64,000 bases of DNA from Craspedostauros australis (taxonomy: Eukaryota): NCBI GenBank assembly GCA_030167865.1, contig JALAGF010006292.1, forward strand, positions 1 through 64,000, read 5' to 3'. A program made the translations under genes and the position numbers. Shown in pieces: positions 48,175 through 60,403 of this stretch. Under the pieces are notes generated by a model. The model made no database searches and was not told the DNA's origin. It saw only the letters and a list, made by a program, of their open reading frames with translations. Every line of letters begins with the position of its first letter. Positions within the stretch are counted from its first letter, which is position 1.

Positions 48175-51100
48175 TCACATCAGACTATCGCTCCTGTAGG
48201 TTGGTTCGCGGAGGAATGGAATGACGAAGGGCACCGTGCTGCCATCCAACGAGATCAGCACCTTCGCGAAGTTACCCCGCTGCTCGAATCTGGATGTCGT
48301 CGAGCAGCCTTTCGCGTGGATGGAGACCTCGAGGACGATCGATTCGAACTGGGAAATGTTGCACAGATCGCCTTTCTGCTTGTGCTTGAGTGCCATGTTC
48401 GGGTTCTCGCGACGGATGCAATCGTCGAGGTTCCTCCACACTTTAGAGAATCGAGGATCCCACGAGATCTCCTCCCATTCACCCCCGCTGCGCCGCGTCG
48501 ATATGTCGACTGTGACCGGCTGGTCTCGGACCCCGACGTCTTGGCACGACATGGCGATGTTCTGCAGCAGAACCCGCAACTCCACGACCGGCAGAGACGC
48601 GAAATGGCTGCGTTGGCTGGATGCCGATTTCTGCGGGTTCGGTCGCGAATTCGGTTGCTTCTGCACGCTCCTCAGGGTCTCACCATTGCTTCGCTCCACC
48701 AGGAACACCCATCCCGCGATCCTTCCGGGCATCTTGGCCTTCCCCAGGAACTTCCACCCCGGATGCTGGAAGTGAGGCATCACGTTGGCCTGGCACATCT
48801 TGCGATACACGATCTTGTTCAGACATTGGCGGCTGTTGTGGGCATTCGGATCCTGCGGTATCTCGTCCTCGACACGGTCCGTCCACTCGCGCACATTCTT
48901 GAATCCGAACCTCCGCACTGCCAGGTTCAGCCAGACGCTCTCGTTGTCAAACACGCCCATGTCCTTCCACCGACGAGACACCGCGATGCAGCGTGACAGG
49001 GACAACGGGTCGAGCATCTTGGCAACGGCGCCGAACACCTTCAGCTCCTTCTCTTGCTTCTCATGCGGGCTTTCGACGGATTCGATTTCCTTTGGGATAT
49101 CGTTGGTGGGGTTGATTGCGTTCACAATTACATGTGCGTGTATGTTTGCATCGGCATTTGCGATTGTGGTCGCATCTATCGTATTGTGCACCGTTGCGTT
49201 CACGACTGCTGCCTGTGCTATGATTGGCATCGCGACTGCTCTGCCATCTTCGATTTTGAGACGTTTGGCGCCATTCGACGCTGCATCCATCTGTTGATGC
49301 TGCTGATACTCTTGAGGTTGCTGCAAGTTTTGTTGTTGTGGCTGTTGCTGCTGCTGCAGCACGACCTGATCTTCCACCCAATCCGCCTCGCCTGGTCGCT
49401 TGCAGCCGACGCTGGATTCCGGGGTGACCTGATTTGCTTCCACCTCGCTGTTTGCCCGCAACGAATCCAGCTGGACCCGAAGGCTGGCCATCTCCCGCAT
49501 CAGCTCCTCGCACTGGCTGTTCAAGCCATGAATGACGGAGGCTGCCGTCCCGACGAAGCTGGGGCGGTCCCACTTCCTCGCCTGTTCGGCGATCTTGGTG
49601 CATTCGTCCATGTTTTGCAGCGTTCTGTTGCGCGTGGCACACAGGGGGTAGGTTTCGATATCCTTCTTCCTCTGCCGCGACTGAGTGGAGGCCAGGCTGA
49701 TGCCCACCGAGAGACGTTCGATGGATTCGTTCATCCTAACTCGTGCGTATTTCGCACGTTCCTTCTTGCGCTCGTACGCGGCGCCGGAATTGACCACGCC
49801 CAGCGGTCCCGCTCCTGACGCCATTCCCGCGATTGACGGTGACGTGGACGTCGTTGAGGTCGGAGTGGATGATCGTGTGGTGGGTGTGAGAGTCGGCAGG
49901 GTGGGAGCATGGCCTCGTGGTTGCACTCGAGTTGCAGTTGTGAGTTTCGTTTTCGGATCGAGCCGCACGATACTGCGCGACCCCGTTCCTGCAGCAACTG
50001 TTGCAGCCCCTATCGCCGGTTTCCTTGTGGTGGCAACAGACATCCCGTGTTTGGGCTGCGTTGGCTGTGCGGGTGGTGGCGATGGCACTGACGGAACGAC
50101 ATGATTTCCACCAAATCCGTACTGCGACTTCTTCTTTGTCGCAGCTGTCACAGATGCACGATTCTGCAGGTGCGTGGCGGAATGCTTTGGAGGATCATAG
50201 TTTGCCCGTCGGTACATGTACGGTTGAACCGTCTGGACTGTCTTTCGCGCTTGGGCCACCGCGGTCGGAGCCCTTGCCTGCACGCGTGCCTGTGCTTGGA
50301 CTTGTGCTTGTTTCAAACCTGTCTTTGCCCCGACCATGGGAGCAGCAGTACTTGCAATCACTGTTACCGGAATCGTTCTGACCTGTGCAATTGGCACAGG
50401 CGCAGCCGCAAGCGAAGGAGATTGACGCTGATGCGGGGTCTTTCTGGATGCAGATGTAGGAACCGGCTGCCGACCTTGTTCCAATGGACCTGCAGTTGCG
50501 GTAACCGCTGTTGACGTTGAAACTTGCGTTGGCGCTTGCGTTGCTGCAAATGGAGGGCTTGATACAGATCCACGTCCCGCTGTTGTGACTGTTGTTGGAT
50601 GAGTCGCTGCAATGGTGCTTGGCACATAACTTGACGACGCCAATGTCGTTTGGCTTCCACTCAAGGGAGGCGGAGTGGAGGCTGCATTGACGGATTGGTG
50701 CATCGGCGATGGTGCATTCGTTGCGGTTTCTGGACCAGGGGTGGGACTCGTGTAAACGCGCGATGCGATCTGCGCGGCCGTAGCAACTGCCTGCGCCACG
50801 GCATCCGTCGCAGGAGCAGGCGATCGTGATGCTCCGACGGGGCTGGGGATCTTCTGGTGCATGGGAAGTGGGTTGTGACGGCCGTAGGGGTAATAGTTGT
50901 AACCGTGCGGCTGAGGTTGTGGCCGTGTCTCTTTGTCGTTTGTCATGGTGCGGGCACCCGCAGAAGAACCGTTGCCATATATCAAGCTCTGCTGTATCTC
51001 GGACCACGGCGTGGGATCGATCGAAGCTGTGAGGACGTCAATCTCCTTGTCCACGGCACTGGCGCTGGTTGTTGAGGCCAGTCGGTCCATGCCAAACGCA

Positions 51101-51903
51101 GAATCGGCAAAGGTTTGATGCCTGTGATTGGTACCAGCAGGTGTCCCTCCTTCCGCTGTCGCCGCGTTAGATCTGGATCTTTCGTAGTTTGCATTGAGAC
51201 TTCTTCTGTGCGATGATTCCTTGGAAAGAAAGAGCTCCGCCATGCTGACATCGGCCTCGTCCAGCCGAAAAAGATCGTCCATGATGTCCTTGTTGGTGTT
51301 GCTGCCGTTGTTATTATTGCTGCTGTTGTTGATGTTGATGTTGGAATAGGACGGGCCCGTCTTGGTAACGTGGCTGCTGTTGGTACGGTCGATGTTGAGG
51401 TTGAAGGTCGGGAGCTTGGCGTTTTCCTGAATGTGCATGTGAACGGCCTTGAAGGAATGCGGCTTGGTGTGCGACTCCATCTTGGGGCTTGGCAATGGCT
51501 GGGCGAGTGCCGCGAACTGATCTGATGTCGTTGAGGACGGAGACATCGGCATTGCCAACCTCGCCTGCTGCAGCGAGGGAGACGTCTGACCTATCGTAAG
51601 CCCGACAGGATCGTAATAGCTCGGTGCCCGAGGCGAGGTCGGTGCCGAAGATGGCATCGGCTGCGACTCCAGCCCACCGGAATCGAAGGACCCAAAGTCC
51701 TCCAGCGGATCGATCTCCATGTGCGTGTGTGAGTGTGTGCTCATGTGCGTGTTCATCTGCAGATTCATCTGATCGTGCAGTTTGTCATTGTCGGGCTGCA
51801 TCATTGCGAGTGTCTGCGTTTGTGCTGTCGTTGTCGCTGAATGATTCGCGGCCATCGTCTCCGATTCTCGTTGGCAATTCTGTTGTGCGCTTTGGTTGGC
51901 CAT
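48175..51903 (-). CDS. Atypical bHLH-ZIP plus F-box protein (1242 aa, single exon)
   Basis: Basic/helix 1 YERKKERAKYARVRMNESIERL; helix 2/zipper KWDRPSFVGTAASVIHGLNSQCEELMREMASL; F-box-like VFGAVAKMLDPLSLSRCIAVSRRWK...VWLNLAVRRFG; beta-rich C-terminal domain. Confidence 0.75.
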   Translation of the reverse strand: MANQSAQQNCQRESETMAANHSATTTAQTQTLAMMQPDNDKLHDQMNLQMNTHMSTHSHTHMEIDPLEDFGSFDSGGLESQPMPSSAPTSPRAPSYYDPVGLTIGQTSPSLQQARLAMPMSPSSTTSDQFAALAQPLPSPKMESHTKPHSFKAVHMHIQENAKLPTFNLNIDRTNSSHVTKTGPSYSNININNSSNNNNGSNTNKDIMDDLFRLDEADVSMAELFLSKESSHRRSLNANYERSRSNAATAEGGTPAGTNHRHQTFADSAFGMDRLASTTSASAVDKEIDVLTASIDPTPWSEIQQSLIYGNGSSAGARTMTNDKETRPQPQPHGYNYYPYGRHNPLPMHQKIPSPVGASRSPAPATDAVAQAVATAAQIASRVYTSPTPGPETATNAPSPMHQSVNAASTPPPLSGSQTTLASSSYVPSTIAATHPTTVTTAGRGSVSSPPFAATQAPTQVSTSTAVTATAGPLEQGRQPVPTSASRKTPHQRQSPSLAAAPVPIAQVRTIPVTVIASTAAPMVGAKTGLKQAQVQAQARVQARAPTAVAQARKTVQTVQPYMYRRANYDPPKHSATHLQNRASVTAATKKKSQYGFGGNHVVPSVPSPPPAQPTQPKHGMSVATTRKPAIGAATVAAGTGSRSIVRLDPKTKLTTATRVQPRGHAPTLPTLTPTTRSSTPTSTTSTSPSIAGMASGAGPLGVVNSGAAYERKKERAKYARVRMNESIERLSVGISLASTQSRQRKKDIETYPLCATRNRTLQNMDECTKIAEQARKWDRPSFVGTAASVIHGLNSQCEELMREMASLRVQLDSLRANSEVEANQVTPESSVGCKRPGEADWVEDQVVLQQQQQPQQQNLQQPQEYQQHQQMDAASNGAKRLKIEDGRAVAMPIIAQAAVVNATVHNTIDATTIANADANIHAHVIVNAINPTNDIPKEIESVESPHEKQEKELKVFGAVAKMLDPLSLSRCIAVSRRWKDMGVFDNESVWLNLAVRRFGFKNVREWTDRVEDEIPQDPNAHNSRQCLNKIVYRKMCQANVMPHFQHPGWKFLGKAKMPGRIAGWVFLVERSNGETLRSVQKQPNSRPNPQKSASSQRSHFASLPVVELRVLLQNIAMSCQDVGVRDQPVTVDISTRRSGGEWEEISWDPRFSKVWRNLDDCIRRENPNMALKHKQKGDLCNISQFESIVLEVSIHAKGCSTTSRFEQRGNFAKVLISLDGSTVPFVIPFLREPTYRSDSLM

Positions 51904-52653
51904 CGTCTGATGTGATACTCTTTGATCGTAGCACTCTCCAGAGTCCTCCTCGCACTTGTATTATTCGTAGGTATGATGGTGGCCAGTGCGACTTCTCCTT
52001 TGTATGGGACGAGTTACTCGCACAAGGATGTGCGACTAATAACTATGCCTGTGTGATTGTGGAGTCCTGTTGCCCCAAGGTGTTGTGTTGTTGTGGTGGT
52101 GTGGTGGTGTTGGATGCAATTCTGGTTGCCCAGGTGCAGGTATTGGAATGGGACTCGTTTCTGCCTTGTGTCGCTTCCTCTCTCTCTCTCTCTCTTTCCT
52201 GGTTGGGTGGATGGGCCTCTCGTGTTCTGTTGGCGTTTCCTTCCCTGCGCTGTTGTTGTTTAGGCCTTCTTGTTGTCGCGGATTTCTCCCTTCCTCTCTG
52301 TTCTTCTCTTCTGAGTGTGGTACTCCAGATCGTCCTCTTTCTCGTGCCGCGCCGTCTGTGTCGGTCTCAGTGTCGCAACCAAATCAAATCAAAGCCTTGG
52401 ATCATGCCAGGCATGCCATGCCAACAAAATGATGGTTGCGATGGTGAAGATCCGTTGATGTGATGTCAGTTTGCAAGAATCTGTCTGCGGTGACGGTGAT
52501 TGATTTCGTCAAGGAAGGATTGTGAATGATCTCGGATGTCAACCTCCAGTGTGGTGTGATGTGATGTGGAAACTCTCGATGTGTCCACTCTCCGCGCTGG
52601 ATGCGATTGGAGGAACCAAACGTGCAGAAAACTCAGCTCTCTCTCTCTGTGTG

Positions 52654-52690
52654 TGTTTGTTTGTTTGTTTGTTTGTTTGTTTGTTTGTTT
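52654..52690. repeat. (GTTT)n microsatellite
   Basis: Read directly. Confidence 0.9.
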
Positions 52691-53357
52691 GTGTGTTTGT
52701 TCCCTTGTCGTTGCGACAAGACCGTGAAACACGGGCATCGCTGAACGAAGGAACAATGTCGAAGCACGTTACCCCGCTCTGTGCTGTTTAGTTTTCGCTG
52801 TTGTGCCACCAACCACGAACAGCGACAGTGCGCGTTGGAGGCAGTTTGGGCGCCAAAATTGAGTCTTCTCGTCTGGCCATGCGTCCGTTCTCTTCCAACG
52901 AGTTACGCATCGAAATCAAGTTCGCAGGTTCGGATTTCAAACATGAAAAGCGAAAGTCCTGTCGGTCTTCGTGATCGCCATCGGCAACTGGATTGGATCT
53001 CTGCTACAGCGACTAGGGGTGGATACGAGTATAGAGAGTACGTGGAATAAGAGAATGGCACTAATACGAGTAGTGGAGAGATCAATGCGAATGACCAGGT
53101 GCTCTCTCTCTCTCCAGATTCCAAGTGAGATGCCATTACTCGCTCTCCATTGCTCTGCCGAAGTGGGTGTATTCGCAGCCTGTCCGTCGAGAGATGGATT
53201 GCAGCAGAGAGACGAATTAAACTGTTGGCATTTGAAGTTGGCTACTACTCTTCGTCGTAATCATAGTCTGGAGAGCATTGAATGGCATCTTCCTGGCCCG
53301 CACCCATGTTTGAATCTGAGATCTGCCTGGTGCTCTGGATGGCATCGTCGGGTACGC

Positions 53358-54636
53358 TTAGAAGACGACGCCAACGCCCTCAACCTCGTGGAACTCCTTC
53401 TTCAAGATGTTGTTGAGGGTGCTGAAGTTGCCATCCATCTTCATCACCTCGTCGTTCGTCTTGACGCCCTTGATGGATGTTGGGATTCCGGTGGCATCCA
53501 CATCGAGCTCGCCGAGCAGAGGCGTGTCGCCGGATGGGACGAATCCGTTCAGGTGCTCCTCCAGGTTGTTGCTTGGCACGAGGAAGTGATTGAACTTCAG
53601 CATGCCCCACTTGTCCACCTGGTCAAATCCGGTGTGGATTGGGAATCGCAGGTGGGGGAAACGCGGTGTGACGAATGGAAGGCCCATTGCGAAGTCGAAG
53701 TAACGGATTTCCGGGATCACACTCTCGCACAGGCGCACGTAGTTCACATCGTCTCCCGCCTCCTGGGAGATCAGGACGTTGGCCTTGGTGATCTTCAGGG
53801 CGCTGGCCAAGGCTTCCTTCGCCTTCTCGCTGTCCTGGGTGGCCAGCAGAGGGTCGAGGGTGTACAGGACCAGACCGGCCTTGGAGCATGCGAATTGCAG
53901 CACCATCTGTCATTGCAAGTTTAACAGGATTGCGTTTGTGTTTGCGTCGTGAATATGGCAGCATTCGGCGTAGAGACGGATGATGAGAATCCAGATGAAG
54001 TTTTCAACGAATGAAACATATTGGTGAGAGATCTTCAAATGCACTTAGGATCCAGCATCTTCTCGCATTGATTCTTGTGAGTATCATGTTGCAATCGCTT
54101 CGTTGATTTGGAATGCATCGGACCACGCGAGAGACAAGAGAATAGGAACATCCGAATATCTCAATATCATGCAACAGCATTCAATCGCAATTGATCACAA
54201 CTATTGTTGCAATCGAGGTCGATGTCGATAGCAATATCAACATTGGCATTGGATATGTAACGAGGCCACCTACCGATTCCGAAAAGTGCGCCGGCAACCA
54301 GGAAAGCACGACGTCTCCGGGCTGCAGATGATTCTCCATGAGACCAATGGCGAGCGCATCGCTGTAGTAGTCAACGTGCTGCAGGTTCCATTTTCTGTTC
54401 TTGTGCTCGTAACGGACGACGTCCTTGTAGGGATTCTCCGTCGCCAGGTCCTTCAGGATGCTGCCAGCGCTCGTGCTCATCGAGCGGGCGTCCAATCGTC
54501 GGCATGCGGAGGCCGCGACCTCGCTGCATCTGGTGACGTTTGCGCCATCACTCAGGAGGGCGGAGCTCGCGGACACACCACGGCATGCCGCGGCCGCACG
54601 GAGCGCCATGCGCTGGCCGACTGTGGAGAGGGACAT
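53358..54636 (-). CDS. Mitochondrial acyl-CoA-synthetase-like (AMP-binding N-terminal half only) protein; exons 54636-54274, 53906-53358
   Basis: R/A/S-rich presequence ending RSMST. ANL-family N-terminal pattern (ALAIGLMENHLQPGDVVLSWLP...LQFACSKAGLVLYTLDP). About 303 aa; phase-0 intron. Confidence 0.8.
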
Positions 54637-55355
54637 GGTGTCTGTTGGTGGGTGTTGCCGCTTGCGGGTGGCGATGCTGACCAAGCTATTGTACTAAGCA
54701 CGGGTGTGTACTCCTGCGGAACGCGAAACGTCGATGGGCACAGTTGGGGGGTTGATAGCGACGGTGATGGTGACAGCGCAACACGACTCTGAGAGCAACA
54801 CACCTGAACATGGTGCTGCGCAACAGCGGCTGCTCTGCCATGGTGCCCGATCTTCTTGTGCTGGCAGTGATGGGTGCTGATCAGCACCAAATGACATTGG
54901 GGTCTTTTTCTGTCCCAACAACACGAAACGGTGGTACGTCGTTAGGCCTTTTAATTCACGAGCACGTTTCAGAGTTTAGTCCATTGATTCGAAGGGGGAC
55001 AGATGGCAAAAAGTCGAACTCGTTCGTCGATTGTTCTCCGCTGCTCTCCATTTGTGTTCTTTGGGTGCAAGCGGACAGATGGTGGACACCGTTCTTCGCT
55101 TTCTGTTCCTGTTTCCTCTCTCTTCGCGTTTTGGTTGTGTGGCGGAAGTTGGTGATGGATGCCGGAAGACCAAAGACATGGACGAAGACGACTTTCCCTC
55201 TCTCTCCCATGGATCCAGCGGAGCAGAAACAGCAGAGGCAGCAGCAACAGCAGAGCCACCACCATCGTTCCATCTCATAACAGCAGTTGCGCTTGCACAA
55301 ACACCCACCATCCCTTTCGCCACACCCCCACAATCTCCCAAGCATCGCTGTCACC

Positions 55356-57019
55356 ATGAACACCACTGGCAAGATCGTCTCTTCATTGGTCGGCCGACAG
55401 GCAGCTGCCGGTCGCCGCAGCATGTCCTCCACCGCCAAGGTGTGGATCGACAAGGACACTCGGGTCATTTGCCAGGGTTTCACTGGAAAGCAAGTACGTG
55501 CGCGACAAGACATGGGACGCGATCGTAACTCAATGGAATGCACAGCATTGCATCGAACCGCTGCTGATCTTGCCAATCGATGCTTGGTGCATGATGCGTT
55601 GAGCTATTGCGGCAATGGCGGATTGAAGCTGTTATGCCATGGAATAACAGATGCATCCGTCGCTAATCACAGAGATGGATTCGTCCGTCGTCGACGCCGT
55701 TCTCGCAATGTTGTTCACGCCTTGTCATGTACGCCCCATGACGAGGCCAAGCACGAGCTTTAGCGGCAGCGGCAGTCAAGCTTGAGGAATCCAAAGCTCT
55801 GCTGGTTCCTTCGAGGTTCTGTTGGTTGATTCGTTCGTTCGTGGCCTGGTCGTCCAAATTGCTTCGGATTGATACCAGCATGATCTCATTTGCAATGCTT
55901 TACTCTCTCTCTCTTCTCTCGTCTCTCTCCTACCCCCTTGGACACTCATCAACTCGTGATGGGCCTCGATCATTGATCAATCTTTCGATCTCCTGACGCG
56001 ACGAATCGAATGCTCATCACGCATGCCCGAATTGCTAACATGCCACCCGCGATCTCATGCCCTTGAATTCCATGCCACGCAATGCTGCTGCTACCTCCAC
56101 TACAATGTGCGATGTGCAACGTGCAATCTTCCGCAATACTATGTCACGATGCACACCACCTACGTGGGGATAGGGAACCTTCCATTCAGAGCAAGCCATC
56201 GAGTATGGCACCAACATGGTCGGTGGTGTGACACCAAAGAAGGGTGGGCAGACACACCTCGGACTACCAGTGTTCAACACCGTTGAGGAGGCCAAGACCG
56301 AGGTCAAGCCAGATGCCTCAGTCATTTACGTTCCTCCGCCATTCTGCGCGCAGGCAATCATGGATGCCATCGAGGCCGAGATTCCGTTGGTCGTTGCCAT
56401 CACGGAGGGCGTCCCGCAGCAAGAAATGGCTCGCGTCAAGCACGCCCTCAACACCCAGACCGCAACCCGCCTCATCGGACCCAACTGCCCCGGAATCATC
56501 AAGCCCGGCGAATGCAAGATCGGCATCATGCCTGGATACATCCACCAGAAGGGCAAGATCGGCGTCGTCAGCCGCAGCGGAACTCTGACCTACGAAGCAG
56601 TCCACCAGACCACCGTCGCTGGACTCGGACAATCCACGTGCGTCGGAATTGGCGGTGATCCATTCAACGGAACCAACTTCATCGACTGCCTCGAACGCTT
56701 CACGAACGACCCAGAGACAGAGGGCATCATCATGATCGGTGAGATCGGAGGATCGGCCGAAGAGGAAGCCGCGGAATGGATCAAGGAGTACGGAGATCCA
56801 AACAAACCAGTCGTCGGTTTCATCGCAGGAATGACAGCGCCTCCTGGTCGCCGAATGGGCCACGCTGGTGCCATCGTCGCAGGTGGCAAGGGCGGAGCCG
56901 CCGAAAAGTTCGATGCCTTGGAGCGTGCAGGTGTCCACGTGTCGAGATCTCCAGCCCGCCTGGGTGTCACCATGCTGGAGGCGATGGGTCTCCCCCCACC
57001 AACAGAAACCGCGGCCTGA
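55356..57019 (+). CDS. SUCLG1: Succinyl-CoA ligase alpha subunit, mitochondrial; exons 55356-55493, 56174-57019
   Basis: [53 protein letters not shown] and phospho-His motif RMGHAGA. Presequence ends RRSMSS. Confidence 0.97.
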
Positions 57020-57489
57020 ACAGACAGCGAATGAGCCGGAGTTCACGAATGTGACTCATGGAACACAAAGCAGGAGATCTGAGACTCATGCTCTGCTATG
57101 CTCCGCCCAACCATGCTCCTTTTCGCACTTCGAAGACTCCCACAAGTGGATACGCCATCAACCCATGCGCACATGATAGCATAACACGAAGACTGATTCA
57201 TTGAACACTTCCAACCCAAACTGTTCCATGGTCAGAGCCAGTCTATTTGGAATTCTTGCATGCTTCCCCCTTCTCCAACCGTATTTGAGTTACGTTGCGT
57301 TGCGTACAGTACTGCTGGTATTGCATTGCGATGTACAACGACTATTGACTCGAATAGAGTATCATTATGTTCATTTCAAACCATCCCCTGATGCTGTTTG
57401 TCTGTAGCTGTTCTCTTCCCACGACCACAATACGGGTAGTAGTACGAGTGTGCCACGCGCCTTCGCCTACTCGAACGCACACACAGCGT

Positions 57490-59686
57490 TCAGACGTGGT
57501 GCTGGATCCAATCCTCCAGGCGAAAGACCACAAGCCGCGCATGGATGGTGTTCGTGTCGTCTGCGACTGCTTCAGCATCCAATTTGCTTCCTGCATCACG
57601 CCCCAACGGATCGGATTGGCGACGAGACCGATCGTGGTGATACGATGGCTGCTGTAGTACGTCGCGTGATTGCGGATCCTCCGGTGACAGCAACGGCATG
57701 CTCCCGAGGAAGATCGGCGGACACGACTGCCGATGAGCGGAACGAAGCGGCCGCCGAGACGGCGCGTTGGCCTGGACGAGGCGCTGCTGGGCCACATCGT
57801 ACAGCCGCGTCAAAATGGCATCGCACATGGCGCAGCATTCATCGTCCACCTTCGTTTCGTTCTGCGTTGCGGAGCCAGGCCCCTGCGAAATGATTGCACC
57901 TTGCGAGCCGACCTTGAGACACAGTTCGACGGCCCCTTGCTTGCACAGGGTCGCAAACGATTTCATGAGATCGGCTTCGCAGGTTCCTCCACGATTCCGA
58001 GAAGGAGATTTGCTTGCTGCGACGAAGCCAGTGTACAGGATGTGCACGCCGATGGATTGGATGTAGTCGTTGCACGTGTGCTGATGCATGGAGCGACAAG
58101 TCACCGCGAGGATCTCGTGCATCAGAGAGGCTGACGGAGCGAAGTCAATGCCACAAGACAGGTGCGAATCATCCTGCACATGGCTTGCGCAATTCTCTAG
58201 GACGCTCGTGACGAACATCATCGCCGTCACCGAAATCTCTTCATTGCTGGCATAGATGTGCATGATTTTGTTGAGCAGCCGGAGGAGAGTTGTGAGGTTG
58301 CGATGATGATGTTTTTGATTGTGGCCACCACCGTCAACCATGAATGGCTCGATTATTTGAGCGATGATGTCGTGCCAGGCGGTCTCCAATCCCTGGACGT
58401 ACTGCAAGACCTCTGCGGCAGACGACTGCGAGCGCGAGGTCCGATGCAAGATGATCCACCACCAGGTGCGAAAATATGGCCAGAAACGGCAGGAAAGTGA
58501 GAGTTGGTGATGACGATGACGATGACAATGACAATGACAATGAGAAGACGTGAGCTGAGACTTGGCGGAATGGTGCTCGAGGTAGAGCGGATAACATTGA
58601 GTTGTCGAGAACGAGGACCGGCGGTTGCAGCGCATCAGCCCGCAACACATGCTCCATCCGCCCACAACGACATGCGGTGCGACTGCATCACACTGAGAGC
58701 GAATCAAAGAGTTGGACGCTTACCTCGCGGATTTCTTCAAGATCTCGACGATCCGTCTCGCTCGTGCATTTGGAGGTCGGTGATTTGCGCCGCTTCATCG
58801 ACATTCGCAACGAGAGGAGGCGCAGCTCCAACCGAGCGATCCAATCCTCCAAGACCTGCCATGCATGACATGTCGGCAATACGACAGTGCGAGACGGATT
58901 GCGCACACTCGGATGTGCGCCGTTCGCATCATGTCGGGTTCTGTCCCTTGGGCGATCGTCGTTGGGACCGACCGGATGCAGCTCTTCCACGGCATCTGTG
59001 GGGACGTCTTCATCGCAGTCGTTCCAAAAACGGAGGAGAGTTTGGGAAGCGCGACCATCGGGCCGACGATCACCGTCGTCCTTGCGTTTCACGGTCGCGT
59101 ACGACGATCCGAATGGCGAATCGCCGTCGTCATCCAACTCCGGCGCCGATAGATCCGGGTACAACCGACACGGGACGTCCGGACAGGATTGGCGCAAAGT
59201 GCCAGCATTGCGAAGTTTCTGGCGCGGTTGCGCCGACAGGATCAGCGGCGGGCGCATGTCATCCTGCCACGATTTGGCGTGAAAGGAATCGTCAAGGGGG
59301 CACGAAAAGCGAGCGATGTCGCCTTGCAGCGTTTGGCGCCTGCTGGGTGTCCGAGGCGCCGAGGAACGCGAGGTCAAGTCACCAATCCAGATGGACTGAT
59401 TGTGGCGCTGCCGCTCAAGCAACGCGTGCGCTTCGCTGCCGAGGGAAGAGCTGCTGGTGCTCCAGCACGAAGCGTCGCTGTGCGGGTTGTCCGCGCTGCC
59501 GCCGTTGTGATGATCATCAGAATCGATCAACGATTCGCTGCCGTCGTCGCCATCGTGCGGATCGTGAGTTCCTGCCGGACAGAGGCCTTTCTCATAGAGC
59601 GAGTGCCGTTGAATCGCGGGTGCTCGGACGAGCGTGGGCATCGCATGGGCGCCGCTGTCCTCGATGGTGTTCGCCTTCATGATCAT
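57490..59686 (-). CDS. Hypothetical protein with possible ARM-like helical C-terminal half; probable exons 59686-58724, 58425-57490
   Basis: Two long ORFs can be joined by a phase-0 GTAAGC...CAG intron. Helical segments LLNKIMHIYASNEEI, SMHQHTCNDYIQSIG and LCKQGAVELCL resemble ARM repeats. Start and acceptor are uncertain. Confidence 0.5.
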
Positions 59687-60361
59687 CGTTGCAGTTGCCG
59701 TAGCTGTTGGTGTTGCTTTTCTTTGTGGTGTACGATCTGCCAATGCTGCTGTGCAATACTCGAATGCGCGCTGGTGATATGCATGGCACAATGGACGTGA
59801 CAGCAAGAATGTGGAAAAGACGATGAGGAAATCAAATGAGAATGATGTGCAAGGGTCAGTCCAAGAGAGCTGCAAGCGTGTCTTGCTTGGGTGCCTCCAA
59901 CGCGATCGTGATCTTGCAACAGCCTGTCGAGCCTCGTCAAAGAGAGGCACCCACGCTGCGTGCTCCAATTCGGCCTGCGTTCGATCTGCTGGTGACACGG
60001 CCGCATGGCTCACTACCAACCCATTCATCTATCGATCTATCGATGGAAGCATCCGCAGTGAGCCATGCCACCGTGTCAATGCAACACTCAACACTGCCGT
60101 ACCTGCTTGCAGCCCTTGCTCGCTTGACTGCGTCTCCTGTGGTGCAATCCCTGCCGATCACTTGGCTCTTTGATGCGACGGTTGATTTGTGGCTGCCGCA
60201 AGAACGGACGTGGAAACGATGTTGGAAGGGTGTTGGGCAGAGTGCGCTTGCGTTGCACAGCTTTTCCCACAGCACCTGTGGAGATCGATCTGTTCGTACT
60301 TTTGCTGACAGGAGAGAGCCCACGCACACCAGCAAGTGGATACTCTAGTCGGAGTCAACGT

Positions 60362-60403
60362 ATCAATCAATCAATCAACCAACCAACCAACCAACCAACC
60401 AAC
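60362..60403. repeat. (CAAT)n(CAAC)n compound microsatellite
   Basis: Read directly. Confidence 0.9.
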
